DNA from: Octopus vulgaris
Taxonomy: Eukaryota
Direction of reading: 5' to 3'
Length of the DNA: 64,000 nucleotides
NCBI GenBank assembly: GCA_951406725.2
Contig: OX597823.1
Span: 58,776,001 to 58,840,000, forward strand
Shown here: in pieces, positions 25,815 through 40,907 of the stretch
Position numbering within the stretch: the first letter of the stretch is position 1
Layout: every line of letters starts with the position of its first letter
The notes under the pieces: generated by a model
What the model saw: the letters and a program-made list of their open reading frames with translations, nothing else
What the model was told of the DNA's origin: nothing
Database searches by the model: none
Position numbers and translations under genes: made by a program

Positions 25815-26520
25815 GACGTCACTGAAAGGACAGAGGGCACAAAGTGGTGCCTGCATTGCAAGAGTGACATGACTTTAAAATATTTCCATATGATTAAAAT
25901 ATTGTGCTTAACAAACACAGAAAAAGAAACATTTACTATAAAAAACAAATCGTATTTTTTCGTTGTCAAGTCACTGTGACTAATCGAAAGGTAACGAGTC
26001 TCTTCCCTTTCAGGTTTAAGTTAATTCCGGAGAATGTTCCCATTATGCACCGTTTTGGGTATTTATTCCTCGAAAACCCCTAATATCTCCATAACCACTT
26101 GTCCGACTTACACGATTTTTTATTTCATTCGTATTTATATTTGGTTGGGGGGGGGCGCTTAATTCATAGTATTTTCCTATTATGCAGCAGTTTGGCTGGA
26201 TAACATTGCAAGCAAGTAAGATTCAAGCTGACTCTTAATGTATTATATGCATTATGAGTGTGTGTGTGAATTTGTATGCGTGTGTTTGTGTTTGTGCGTG
26301 TGTGTGTGTGTATTTGTTTGTTTTCGTGTCTGTGTTCTTCTCTCATTACCACTTGACAATCAGTGTTGATGTGATTATGTAAACGTAAATTATTCTATCA
26401 GATAAAGAGCTCGATAGAATAAGTATCAAGCTTTTAAAAAAAAGTACTTGGGTAGATTCTTTCGACTAAAATTTCTCAAGACAGAGCCCCAGCATGGCCG
26501 CAGTCTGATGACTGAAATAA
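25279..26520 (+). mobile_element. Old SINE family B split by ~0.9 kb of inserts in its internal microsatellite
   Basis: 5' half at 25279-25430 (CCGGGTTCAGTC...GCCTTGTGAG); 3' half at 26310-26520 (GATAGAATAAGTA...CCAGCATGGCCGCAGTC). Confidence 0.6.
25478..25706. mobile_element. Tc1/mariner-type MITE with an extra solo TIR at 25716-25756
   Basis: Long imperfect TIRs CAGAGTGCAGCAG..TTTCAAAGGTTAATAAAA..CATGAAAAAA / TTTTTTCATG..TTTTATTAAC..GAAA..CTCCCTG, flanked by TA. Confidence 0.65.
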
Positions 26521-26559
26521 ATAATAGATAATTACAGCGCTAAAGTAAATAGCGAGCAA

Positions 26560-27460
26560 ATTACGAAAGGACAACGAGTCGAGAGTTTAAGTAAAATAAA
26601 TAATAGAGGAAATGATACAGACATCTTTTAAACTAAAATAAATGTCCAGTTAACTGACATAAAACTAACAAATGACAGCTAATGTAAAATAAAGAGAATT
26701 GAAATCAAATAAATATCTTATATAAGCAACAAAAATAAACACTCAGTGACATAATGTAAACATCTAAAATAAACAACAGTTCGAATCATAAGTCATCAAC
26801 AAAAATAAACTACAATTAGACTAAAATAATGAGAAGACTAGCAGATGAGCGAATTTAAACATTAAGTAAAATGAATTTTAACCATGTTTGTGAGTAAATG
26901 AACCAAAATCCACCTTTTCCAACTACTAACTAAAAAAAAAATTAAAGTTAAACAATAGTTAAACTAAAATAATCGGCAGGTAAATTGAATTTAAAGCTCG
27001 GTAAACTAAATCAAGCGCCAAGGAAACTTGAATACATTGCTATTGATTTAAACTAATATGAAAGGCAGGCAAACTGTGATAAACTCCTGATGATCTAAAA
27101 TTGACGGCAGCTACTCTAAAATAAATGACAGGTAACTAAAATTGAAGACAGATATGCTAAGTTAAATGGCAAGGAAAATTTAAAGAAATTATATGTAAAC
27201 TAAAATAAACAAGAGATGAACTACGTTAAATGCAATGCAAGTAAATAAAATAAAAATAAAAACTTCAGCTGAACTAAAATAGACATAAATTTAATTTAGT
27301 TAAAGAAAAACCAAAAAATGATGAAATATAGGTAAATAGCATTTGTGAAAAGATAAAAGTCACGCAAATAAAACTAAAACTAAAACAAACAACAAAATAA
27401 ACATCAAAACAACAAAGTTAATAATAAGTAATATAACGCATTAAACACTACGTAAAATAA
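26560..27460 (+). repeat. Degenerate A-rich tandem repeat (AACTAAAATAAA motif)
   Basis: The motif (A)CTAAAAT(A) recurs many times; the strand is very G/C poor. Confidence 0.55.
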
Positions 27461-27949
27461 TATACACAAACGCTGTGGAATTGTGTTGGAATTTTCAGGA
27501 GATAATGCTAAGCTATTTTGTAGTATCCTTCGTTCGAGAATATTTTTAAATAGCGTTATCTTGTCAGTTAAGTACTAATAATTTCGCTACACATTCCCTG
27601 ACAATGAGAGTGAAAAAGCCAGAAAAACATGCTGCAAAGCATTTCCGTTCGATGATTTAACGCACATTGGACTATTTTGGTTTGTTGACAAGAGGAGGAT
27701 GCAAGTTGGAGTACTTACTGAAGGACGGGAGTATTGTATTTGAATTCAGAACCTAAATAACCAGAAAATCTGGAAAAGTCCGGAAATATCCGGCAAGGTC
27801 TGAGATTCTAACAAATTTGCAAATTGTTCTCCCTAGCTTTCTTACAGGTGAATTAAATACAGTGCAAAAAAAAATTAGAAAACAACGACTTAACTAAGAT
27901 AAAATTAAAAAATAAAATAAAACCGGCGTACTAACGATTCTTCCAGCTC

Positions 27950-28070
<121 letters not shown>

Positions 28071-28095
28071 GAAGAAGAAGAAGAAGAAGAAAAAG

Positions 28096-28693
28096 GAATA
28101 TATTCACAGACATGACAGAGTTGGAACCTACATACACTGGAAGCTATGCCAACATTATGGAATAACAACAGAAAAAAGATGGTATAGGCACACACCAGAA
28201 AAGGTCACAGCAAACGAGAAAGCAACCATACTCTGGGATATGCCAATACACACAGATAGAGAAATTCAGGCCAACAGACAAGATATAGTTGTCAGAGATC
28301 ATGAAGAAAAAAAATGCTTTCTAATTGATGTATCAATACCGGCAGATGACAACGTGTCTCTAAAAGAAATGGAGAAACTTTCAAAATACAAAGACCTGGA
28401 AATAGAGGTAACCGGAATGTGGAATCTAAAAACAGAAACAATTCCTATCATAGTAGGTGCATTAGGCATGATAAAAAAATATTCAGACAAATACATAACA
28501 AAAACACCAGGACTTACAAACACATATAACATACAGAAAATTGCACTACTAGGCACTGCACACATCCTACGCAGAACACTTTCCATACAATAACCATCAG
28601 AGCATCACAACAAATCACAGCATATACCCAAGGCACACAGAGCTGCGCTCGATAATGAAGTGAAAGCACGCTATAAAATTAAAACTACTGAAT
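28096..28693 (+). mobile_element. Dong-like RLE 3' fragment between (TAA)n arrays
   Basis: RHDRVG..YIHW, ORF 28240-28593 (NRQDIVV..LIDVSIP..EKLSKYKDL..IVGALG), and 3' UTR. TAA arrays lie at 27950-28069 and 28697-28746. Confidence 0.9.
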
Positions 28694-28747
<54 letters not shown>

Positions 28748-28749
28748 CA

Positions 28750-28965
28750 TACTCCTTTCTACTGAAGGCTCAAGACCTGAAATTTTGCGGGAGAGGACAA
28801 GTCGATTACATCGGCCCCAGTGTATCACCGGTACTTAATGTATCGATCCTGAAAGGATGAAAGGCAAAGTCGACCTCGGTAGTAATTGAACTCAGAACGT
28901 AAAGATGGATGAAATACTGCTAAGCATTTTGTCCGGTATGCTAACGTTTCTGCCAGCTCCCCGTC
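28750..28965 (-). mobile_element. SINE family A
   Basis: Reverse complement of the family A consensus. Confidence 0.8.
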
Positions 28966-29219
28966 GTAATAATAATAATAATAATGATAATAATAATGAT
29001 GATGATGATGATGATGATCGTCATCATCTAATTGTCAACTGCAATGATAACAATTACTGCAAAAATCAAAATAGTTTGTGTCAAAGCTAATGGAGAAATG
29101 CTTGAGAGAACATACGATAACTATCAGGCATAAAAGGAAAAATCTAATAGAAAAATATAAAAAAAAACAGAATGAAGACCCAAACTACGACAAATATTAA
29201 TGACGATAGCAGTGAGAAA

Positions 29220-29810
29220 TAGGAGGAGGAGGAAAACGAGGAGGAGGGGAAGACGAGGAAAAGAAGGAAGACGAGGAAGAGGGGAAGACGAGGAGAAGAA
29301 GGAAGATGAGAAACAGGAGGGGAAGACGAGGAGAAGGAGGAAGACGAGGAAGAGGAGGGGAAGACGAGGAGGAGGTAGACGAGGAGGAGAAAGAAGGAAT
29401 ACGAGGAAGAGGAGAGAGAAGATGATGAGGAGGAGGTAAACGAGGAGAAGGAGGAAGACGAGGAGGATGTAGACGAGGAGGAGAAGAAGGAATATGAGGA
29501 AGAGGAGAGAGAAGACGATGAGGAGGAGTTAGACGAGGAGGAGGAGGAAGACGATGAGGAGGTAGACGAGGAGGAGAAGGAATACGAGGAAGCGGAGAGA
29601 GAAGACGAGGAGAAGGAGGGTGACGAGGAGGAGGAGGGGGAAGACGAGGAGGAGGTAGAGGAGGAGGAGAAGAAGGAATACGAGGAAGCGGAGAGAGAAG
29701 ATGATGAGGAGGATGTAGACGAGGAGGAAGGGGAAGACGAAGAGGAAGAGGAAAACGAGGAGGAGGAAGACAAGGAGGAAGACGAGGTGGAGGAGGAGGA
29801 GGAGGGTATA
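29220..29810 (+). repeat. GAG/GAA-rich purine tract with higher-order repeats
   Basis: The unit GTAGACGAGGAGGAGAAGAAGGAATACGAGGAAG.GGAGAGAGAAGA recurs about four times. Confidence 0.85.
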
Positions 29811-30727
29811 TGAAGTAGGGGCAGAAAGGGACAGAATAAAGATGTCGATGAGCATAATGATGAAAACAGCATTAATCAGAAAATATTTTCTAGTAAGAAC
29901 TCTTACTACTCATCAAATAAGAATCTATAGAAATCAAACAAAGGTTGTCAGCATGAATTTGTTGGAAATTGGAAGAGCGACGGATAAAAAAATAAAGAAA
30001 AAAAAAACAGTATTAAAAATAAATAAAAAAAAATTATGAAAATGAAATAAGAAATAAAATAGAAAACAAAGCGAAACAGGATTGTAAAGGAATCATGTTC
30101 AAAGGAATGGCGTTCATATAAAACAGTTGGACGCTGAGTTTAAACATTTCTGCAGCAGTGATGACAAAGTTGCCAAAAAAAAAACATTGTAGCTGTTTGC
30201 ATTACCGAAATATAGATATATTAATTACAATGGGGATGAAACAATGAAACAGAAGTAATTTTGATATCGATGTAGCAATGTTCAATTGATAATATAGGCT
30301 GGTTGAGGACAAAAATATATCAATATATTAATAAGTAAAACTAACCTACTTTCAAGTTACTCCTGTCATTTTTTCAAAAGCAAATACGGAAACTTTTTTT
30401 TTCTCTGTGTGTGTGTCTGTGTGTACAGACAACCTGTTAGGAATAGCGAAATATTTAACTAAATTTATCTCAAATCACACCGTATCGTCTTAAAAAGCGA
30501 GAAACATACCTTCTAGATAGAGAAGTACTAGATTATGCCAAAAAGTAAATGCCAACAGTAAATGACGAAGGGATGGTCATTACTGGAATGCTTTTACTGA
30601 AATCTGCTCATCAGTGTTGGTTGAGCTAAATAAAAACATCGACCACAGGCTTTTTACAGCATACAAAATATATTGTTATACTTGGGGTTGGTCATAATCT
30701 ACCAATTAACCACACGCATTAGCCTTA

Positions 30728-30787
<60 letters not shown>

Positions 30788-30862
30788 GTAGTAGTAGTAG
30801 TAGTAGTATTGTTGTTGGTCTTCTACTTCTATTACTTCTTCTTCTTCTTTTTCTTCTTATCA

Positions 30863-31688
<826 letters not shown>

Positions 31689-31758
31689 TGTTGTTCTTCT
31701 ACTTCTACTACTACTTCTTCTTCTTCTTTCTTCTTCTTCTTTTTTCTTCTTCTTATCA

Positions 31759-32104
31759 TTGAGTGAGAGAGCAGTGCGTGTCATCAAAGTGACACTGGGG
31801 TAATATATACGAAGCCCAGTATACCCGTCCTGACTACCCGTCCTGACTACCCGTCCTGACTACCCGTCCTGACTACCCGTCCTGACTACCCGTCCTGACT
31901 ACCTGTCCGATAAGGTTACACCAGGCACATGCATCAGAAACATATGTGCGCGACATGGTGTCTCATATCAAGATAAACAGCGCATGACATTGCAAGTGGG
32001 GCTCAGTTGTAGTTTTCTTCAGGTTGAGTAGCCCATCTTGCTCAAAAGATCCCTGAATAAGGACTCTTTAAGGATGCTGAACGAAACGCCCATGTTTCCA
32101 AAGG
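31759..32104 (-). mobile_element. Second, truncated copy of the same element with an internal minisatellite
   Basis: Aligns to 30863-31145. Six copies of TACCCGTCCTGAC lie at 31822-31899. Confidence 0.75.
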
Positions 32105-32130
32105 TTATTATTATTTTATTATTATTTATT

Positions 32131-34625
32131 GTCTTTGCACAGCTTCTAATGCTGGAGATGTACTACAGTGTCAGCTGTTTACTACCAGTGAACTAAGGTA
32201 ACACCTCTTAGTTTTCGAGCATCTTCCGGAGTATTCCAGCTGTTCCAAGCAGTGTTGTTTACCGCAAGTGCTACACCCTTATTGCAGCCCCTATTTGTTC
32301 AATTTACTTCTCAAGATTTTACTCAATCTTTCCAGGGCTCCGGCAATTATTGGTACTACTACGACGTTTTTCATCGTCCACAATTGCTTAACCTCCCAAG
32401 TTAACCTGCCATATCTATCGACTTTTCTTTATTCATTATCGCATAGCTTTTTGTCAGCTGGGCATGCTATATCTATGATCCAGCTTCGTCTGCTTTCTTT
32501 CTCAAATAACACTATGTCTGACTTTTTATCCTCTATCTAAGAGTCGCACTGAATCATAGAATTTCATAGAGTCTTTGCATTATCATTTTCGACGATGCCT
32601 TCGGGTTTATGTTGTACCACGTTTTTGCTCTGTCAAAGTGTCCAATGGACAATCCTTGCTATATTGTCATGACGTCTCTTATATTCTTCCTGAGTTAGTG
32701 GCATACATTGAGTGGCAATATGCCATACGGTTTCATTGACTCTACAAGTATTCCAGTCAATAATTTCCACATAAGTGACAAGCAGGATACTGGCCTGTAA
32801 CTGTCTACCGTATTGCCTTTTTCGATGCTTTTAAAGCACAGCACTGTCCTACCCATTATCAACCACTCTGGTGTTACTTGGTCGGCATTTAAGAAGGTGT
32901 TGAGTTGTGCAGCTATTCGTGCATGACCTTCACCAAATCTTTTGATCCAGTAGCCTTGAACTCCATCTGGCCCCGGGGTCTGCCAGTTGTCCATTTTTTT
33001 TGCTGGTTTCCTTCACTTCCCTAACTGAAATCACTAGCTCTGCTCGTTTTGTACAGACTGCTGTTTGTTTCAGTTCTCGCAACATCTTTCTTGTGTTCCT
33101 TCTCTTTACTCCATATGTCATTCCAAAACCCTTGACTTTCAATGTTATCTGGTATCAACTTTTCATCTGTACACTCTCCATTTATTCCTTTGTACAACAT
33201 CTTCTGATCTACTCTGAATAACCTATTCTGCTGGTAACTCTTCATTCTTTGATCGTATCTTACCACCTTCGCTTTCCTTGCAACGAGGAGCTGCTTCAGT
33301 TCCTCCATCACCACTTTCAGTCCCTTGCCCTGCATTTTTGTTTGCTTTTAAGCTCCATCTTTTCTTTTCGTTTTACCACAGAACTGTCCATCGAGAGGAT
33401 ATCTAACCCCGCTTGTATTCTTCTTTTCTGCCATGGATCTTTTCTTTTGTTACTCCCATTATATTTCTTTTTCTTGACATAAACACCCACATTTTCTGCT
33501 ACAACAATACTCGCTGCTTTGATCAAGTTATTTGTTTCTGTGATGATTTTTGTTCTAATGTATTTCAGAATTTCATTCACATTTTTCGTTTCTTGGTTTG
33601 ATTTCCATCGATCAACCTTTTACAGTTGCACATAATTTCTATCGTTCTCCTGCTGCGTTGCCTTTATTCTTTCGTAGATTACCTTTTGCCCATCTATCAT
33701 GTCACCATCGAGCAAGCTGTCACTGTTCCTTTCCCGTTGTTTATTGGATATCTCACCTCTGTTTCCTGCTACGAGACTACTTTTATCAGTAGGAACTGTA
33801 TTTTCATCATTTCCTCTGTTGCTGTTTTCCCATGTGCGTCTTTTGATAGCTTCGGGCCCTACTTCACTTAACCAACGATTTTTTCTTATTGCTCTCGCTT
33901 GATCACATAATCTCTGTTCCGTGAGTTGAAACAATCCTCTTTCTCTCCATTGATCATGCATACGTTGTCGGTATCGCCTAAGATGAACACCGTTTTCATC
34001 TACGGGCTTACGCGAGTAGTAACACTCTATGACCACAGCACTGACTTGTTTGTTTCATCCATGCTGTGTGTGGTGGTCTCTTGTTGGATAACGACAGGCT
34101 GGAGTCGGACCAGTATCTCTAAGCCTGTCGGGTATAACACTGTCACCATCAAGGACTTCAGTTTCATTACCACTGTTATTCACAATATTTTGCTTTTTCA
34201 TTGTCATCCATACGAGGTAGCGATTATCAGGTTGCGCAATTACGAAAAAATTAAGGAGATAAGCATCTGCCAATATATACAAACTTTACAATTACAAAAT
34301 ACTGTAAGCCACAGCAAAATTTATACAGATAAAAAGAAAAATTTCAAGGAAAAACAATTCAGAAATTCAAAAATTCAACGAGGTGAACATCAGTATATAT
34401 ACATATAATTATTTTTTTTCCTATCAGTAATTTAAAATAGAATAAGGTGAATTGGTTCTTTTCAAGGCCAAGGTCAGCCCTCTCATTTGACATTTGATCT
34501 CTGCTGACTACAAGTGTGCGAGGTCGCTTTTGTCTTTTTATCGCACAGGAATGCTCATTGCTGATCTCTTCGCTATCTGCCGAATTTATTTACAGACCTG
34601 TGGAATTTAATCCATTCCACAAGCC

Positions 34626-34626
<1 letters not shown>
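32131..34626 (-). mobile_element. Full-length-ended, internally deleted Dong/R4-like retrotransposon
   Basis: Frameshifted ORF pieces in order: [27 protein letters not shown]; ITETNNLI; QQNRLF; NWQTPGPDGVQGYWIK..YRPVSCL..WKLLT; then directly ETVWHIATQC..RRHDNIARIVHW and the RLE. TTA arrays lie at both ends. Confidence 0.85.
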
Positions 34627-34685
<59 letters not shown>

Positions 34686-34887
34686 GTTATTATTATTATG
34701 TTATCGATTTATCTCCTTGTAATCGATTTATCTCCTTCCCCCGAGATTGCTGGCCTTGTGTCAAAACTTGAAACCAATATTATATGAATATTTTCCCTGT
34801 CAGAGATCGTCAGAATGTATGAGATGTAACATTCTAAAAGACTTTCAGTGTTTTTAGCTGCTTTATTGATAAGTTAGCGACTATCCC

Positions 34888-35308
34888 GGATCTTTTCGGC
34901 TTAAACGGCAGTTTTTTAAAAATAATTTTAACTAATAACGTAACTAAACACTTTTAAACTTCGTATACTGGTAGAATGTGTTTATAAAACATCTTTTTCT
35001 CTTGGCTTTATTGAGAAAATTCTATAATTTGTAAGATATTTGTTGTTTTTTCTTCAGTTTCTGCAATGTCAACTAATCAATGACGTCTATTGAGGTGAAA
35101 ACATTCTGTGCCGTATGAATATGTCCCTCGTTTAAGAAACAGATTGGCTTTATTTACATTTCTGAAGAAAAAAAGATACCCTCTCCCCACCCCTAACCCT
35201 AACCCTAAAACAGATTGAAATGCAATAGCTCGATACTAGGGTCATAATTATGGGTGACAATTTCATATGACACCGCTAGAAAAAACTGCGGTCCAAACGA
35301 AAATATCC
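34888..35308. mobile_element. Merlin-like MITE, copy 2
   Basis: Highly similar to 19678-20122; degenerate 8-bp TSD ACTATCCC/GCTATCTC. Confidence 0.8.
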
Positions 35309-36278
35309 GCTATCTCTTTATCTCTGTGTATGTTAACTTACAATGGAATAAATGCTTAACAACCTCTTTTAATATCAAGTGCGAAATGGCCAAGTGACAC
35401 TGTATGGTTCTTGTGTGTGGGATATTAAATAAATGAAGGGGTGGTATGCTCTGCATGAAACTGAGTGTGGTTGTAGTGGTTGAGATTGTTATGCGAAATA
35501 CTCATCTGGGGCTATTTTGAATAAAATACAGAAAAAGCCAGAAGATATTTGTACTTGAAAATATAGAGAGACAAAGTGATCACACACCATCTGGTTTAAT
35601 CGAAAACAGCCAATCACAAACCAGTCAACTACGATGCTGTGCTAAATGAAGAACAGCACAGATACTTAACGAATTAAAGATACAGTCCTAACGATCCCAA
35701 ACGAAAGCAAAACAAGAACACATTGATACATACCAAAATACTTACATACATACATACATACATACGTGCAAACACACACACATGCACACACACGCACACA
35801 TGCACACACAGAGCTATGTATGTGTTTGAATGTATGTTCATTTATATCATTTGTGTGTGTATGTGTACATACATTCACATGACCGTGCACATATTTATCT
35901 ACATACCAAATATGCATATATGTGTGAGTATTTGCATATGTGTATATGTGTGTATGAGTGTTTATGGACAATAGAATAATAAATACATCAACGGAATGGA
36001 ATGAACAAATCCTTATTTCGGACTCTTAAATAGATTTTGCTGTTGCTTTTTTTCTTACTTAACCAACATTTATGAAAAATGAAAAAAATTTTAAAAAACG
36101 CATAAAAAAGCAGAAATTATGCAAAATGGCCGAGGGATATAGTTTTTTTTTTTGGAAGCTAAGTAAAATGAAATAAAGAAAAGTAAACTTCAAATGAGAA
36201 ATAGAAATACAAAAAGAATAAAAAAATAAAAATATGAAACCAAAAATATTCTGTCAAAATATAAAAAAATACAGCCAA

Positions 36279-36362
<84 letters not shown>

Positions 36363-36398
36363 ATATCTATCTATCTATCTATCTATCTTTCTACCTAC

Positions 36399-36440
<42 letters not shown>

Positions 36441-36570
36441 GTCTGTCTGTCTGTCTGTCATGGCTGCTTGTATGCATGCGTGCACGTAAATCGGTGCTAT
36501 TGCTTAACCCTGCTCAACTCTCAGAGAACTCTCGTCCTTTAAATGAGTCTATCATTTTCTTATGTAATGT

Positions 36571-36788
36571 AAGGCGGCGAGCTGGCTGAATCGTTTTAAC
36601 GCCGGGCGAAATGCTGCTAAGTATTTCGCCCGTCATTATGTTCTGAGTAGAAATTTCAGCGAGGTCATCTTTGCTTTTCATCCTTTAAAGTGTCGATGAA
36701 ATAAGTACCAGTTGAATGCTGGGGTCGATCTTATCGACTATCCCCCATCCCCGAAAATTTCATTCATTCGGCCTATAGTAGAAAGGAT
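36571..36788 (+). mobile_element. SINE family A
   Basis: AGGCGGCGAGCTGG...GTAGAAAGGA with TSD TTATGTAATGTA. Confidence 0.85.
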
Positions 36789-37121
36789 TATGTAATGTAT
36801 GCACCCCTTTCAAACAAATTTGACTGCTATTTCTTGTAAGTAGAGAGAATGAGAAGCTAACTCGTTGGTTTCGTTTTATGTTTGTATGTATGCCTCCATA
36901 AATATGGTAAGTATTTGCATATTTTTAATCTTTTTATTGATCTATATACGCATACATGCACACATACATTTTATACACATATACATAATGTGTATGCATG
37001 TGTATGTTATGTGTCTATACTAGAGAACTTAGACATTCATAATTGCATAATGACAGACACAAACATGCATACACACATCGTTGTACATTATTTAACTATC
37101 TATCTGTCTATCCATCTATCC

Positions 37122-37183
<62 letters not shown>

Positions 37184-37307
37184 TTATCTGTCTGTCTGTC
37201 TTTCTGTCTGTCTGTCTGTCTGTCTGTCTGTCGTCTATCTATGCGTCTATTTGTTAGTCTGTCTGTCTGCCTATCTGTCTGTTAGCTTGTTTGTCTATTG
37301 TCTGTTG

Positions 37308-37377
<70 letters not shown>

Positions 37378-38079
37378 TTATCTCCCTCTCTCTCTCTCTC
37401 TTTCTCTCTATCTATCAACGCACACTCGCATGTAGATAAGTATGTAGTTATGTACGTATATATGCAAAAGCACTTTTCACAGTAATAAACTATATATATG
37501 TAAGTTTAGTGAATAATTTTATAAAGCAAAAGAACTAAAGGTTAGATCTAAAGAATAAATTGTTGTTTTCTTTTTCAATCAAACAATTTTCTCGGCCAAG
37601 CATTACTGCAACTGAACAGAAGACAAACTACACACACGAAAACATCCACACAAATACACAATCGAATACAATACATGTTCACATACACATACACACAACC
37701 TGACATATGTACACAAGCCTTAGTCTATAATGTACTCTTGTTCAATTCCCAAACCCCACCAAAATTCGAAGACAAAAATCAGCGAAATATATTCTTCAAA
37801 AACTCTGGTTACCTTTTTTTTAAAAGCAATCTTACATGTATGAGGTAGTAAAAAGTTAATTGGTGTATGATTATTTCAATGCATATTAAAGAGAATCTTG
37901 ATTTGCTATAGCAAAATCAGTTACTCTACCCACTTCATGTATAAATTAATGCTTCTTTTAAACAAAAAAAAAATGTTCTTTTATCTTAGTTTTATTTAAG
38001 CATATTTTCATACATTTCCCAAATGGGCATCTCCATACAGCTATATAACAAGATCTTGCTAACGTCCCATACTTTTGCC

Positions 38080-38248
38080 CTTCTTCTTCTTCTTCTTCTT
38101 CTTCTTCTTCTTCTTCTTCTTCTTCTTCTTCTTCTTTTCTTCTTCTTTTTTTCTTCTTCTTCTTCTTCTTCTTCTTTTTCTTCTTCTTCTTTTTCTTCTT
38201 CTTCTTCTTTTTTCTTCTTTTTTCTTCTTCTTTTTCTTTTTCTTCTTC

Positions 38249-38316
<68 letters not shown>

Positions 38317-38366
38317 TTTCTTCTTCTTCTTCTTCTTCTTCTTCTTCTTCTTCCTTTTCTTCTTCT
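38080..38366. repeat. (CTT)n(CAT)n(CTT)n compound microsatellite
   Basis: Direct observation. Confidence 0.95.
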
Positions 38367-38742
38367 CCAAAATTATCGTGGTTAAAATGAAGGTCTTTGA
38401 AGAACACACATACATTCGCTATATACGCATGTATATGTATATATGCATATGTGTGTGTGTGAGCGTGTGTGTGTAATTGTGTGTATATACATAAACATAC
38501 ATAATTATTCATAATAATGCTTATAAAAATGAGTAAATATATGTGAATTTATATAAGTTTATAAATATACATAACCGAGCACGTATGCACATATGAAACT
38601 AGAAGCGCACGCATACACAGCCACCTACATGTATATATATGTATATATATGCATGTATATATATATATATATATGCATGTATACATATATATATATATAT
38701 ATATAAGTATACATGTATATGTATGTGTATAGATATAAGTAT

Positions 38743-38806
<64 letters not shown>

Positions 38807-38807
38807 G

Positions 38808-38887
<80 letters not shown>

Positions 38888-39414
38888 AATTATATATATA
38901 TATTAAGCATATGCTCGCATACGTACTCTTAGAGTTTGAAGTGCAAATGAATTTTCATTTGAAATATAATGAATATTTCATACAAATGTTTCTTTGGATT
39001 AAATCAACTACATTTTCACACATATCTGCAGAAAGATTTGCATGTTTATTTGATTATATGCAAAGCAATCAAATGATTTTATGTAATGTCGATGAGCTGT
39101 TGTTTTTGTTGTTGTTGTTGTTGTTGGTGTTGGTGTAGGTGGTGGTTGTAATGCTGATGCTGATGCTGATGGTGGGGGGTGAGTGTTACTTTATCGAATT
39201 TCCCACATGCACTGCATAACATGTCCATAGATGAATACATAATCAAACTTAAAAACATTTTACACATCACTCATATACAGACACATAAATGCAGAAAACA
39301 GTCTTCATTCGTATACATTTTTTTTAAACAGAAACACACACCTATTTAGACACATACTCCTAGAGGTATGTGCGTTGAAATGAGGGGTCAATGTATGTAC
39401 GTAGGTATGGGTGT

Positions 39415-39482
<68 letters not shown>

Positions 39483-39570
39483 ATGTATGTATATACATAT
39501 AAATGTGTATATATATATATACATATATATATGTATGTATATGCATATAAATGTGTATATATGTGCATGC

Positions 39571-39601
<31 letters not shown>

Positions 39602-40404
39602 CATATAAATGTATATATATATGTATATATGTGCATGCATATATATACACATATATATTTATATATAGATATATAGATATATATATATTTATATATATAC
39701 GCACACATATACACATATATATGTATATAATATATATATACATATCTATATATATATATCATATATATATAAACTATGAATATATACATATTAACACATA
39801 GATTCTTTATATGTATACATTCATTTAAACATACCTATACACATATATACGCATACACCCACACTCGCACACATACACACATATATGTATGTATGTGTGT
39901 ATGTATGTTGGTATGCGTCTATGCATACGTAGGCTTAAGTAAATCTATGTGTAAATTTATATATGAGCGTATCTGTGTGTGTGTGTGTGTGTGTGTGTGT
40001 ATGCACACAGTCACATCCACTCAAATGTGCATATACATAATGCCAAATTAAGACTAGTTCTGGGAAATTTATTTTTTATATAAATTCATGATAAGAAACA
40101 TTTAAGAAATTTAACTTTACAAATAAAGTTGATTGCAATACAATTCATTAGTATAATGTAATTATGACAAAACTTCCCACTCTTGAACTTATATTCAGTA
40201 ATTGAATGTGGTTGAATGAAATTGGGAAGAGGTGTAGAGATTGGGCGACATAAATATTCTTCAAGTCACGTGACATGTAGCCAACAACAGTGCTTCTCAA
40301 TCTATGTGACGAGGCGTACCGGCAGGTTTCTTTTCCAATCTGCCAAGAACCGGTAATGATTCTCAGTAGTATTAATTTATACCGGAATATCTCTGAGACC
40401 CCCT

Positions 40405-40737
40405 TCGATCGGTCATGACTGACCGTGGGATTGCACCTAGAAAGTTACCTTCCCAGGTACAAGTCCGGGCAAGGTTGTTTATGGAAGACCAGCCAGCAGT
40501 TGCTCATGCATACCAGCCTCTCCTCTCCACGCCACATGTGTTATCCAAGGGAAAGACAAAAGCCGATACAGCTTGGCACCTGTGACGTCACAACTCATTT
40601 CTACAGCTGAGTTAACTAGAGCAATGTGAAATAAAGTATCTTGCTCAAGAACACAACACGCAGCCCGGTCCGGGATTCGAACTCACAATCACACCATCGT
40701 AAGCTCGACGCTCTAACCACTGAGCCATGCATCTTCA
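40405..40737 (-). mobile_element. SINE family C (long-tail variant)
   Basis: Minus head TGAAGATGCATGGCTCAGTGGTTAGAGCG..GAGTTCGAATCCC; homologous to 58050-58367. Confidence 0.88.
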
Positions 40738-40761
40738 TCGGAATATATATATATATATATA

Positions 40762-40907
40762 TAATATTATTAGTGAATTGAAGAAATGGAGTTGAACGAA
40801 GATTGAACAGAAATCGTTTTATTGCATTCTACACGTGTAGAATGCAATAAAACGATTTCTGTTCAATCTTCGTTCAACTCCATTTCTTCAATTCACTAAT
40901 AATATTA
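40762..40907. repeat. Perfect 146-bp palindrome at the end of a Penelope-like fragment (to ~41057)
   Basis: 73-bp arms with no spacer, centre CTACAC|GTGTAG. The fragment is flanked by (TA)n on both sides. Confidence 0.9.

Noticed and set aside
29144-29872. 242-aa Ser-rich ORF (-) or acidic Glu-rich frame (+)
   Set aside because: Stop-free only because of the GAG/GAA repeat; the + frame shifts and has no clear start or splice signals.
31822-31899. CRISPR-like array
   Set aside because: Contiguous 13-bp tandem units without spacers, in a eukaryotic context with no cas genes.
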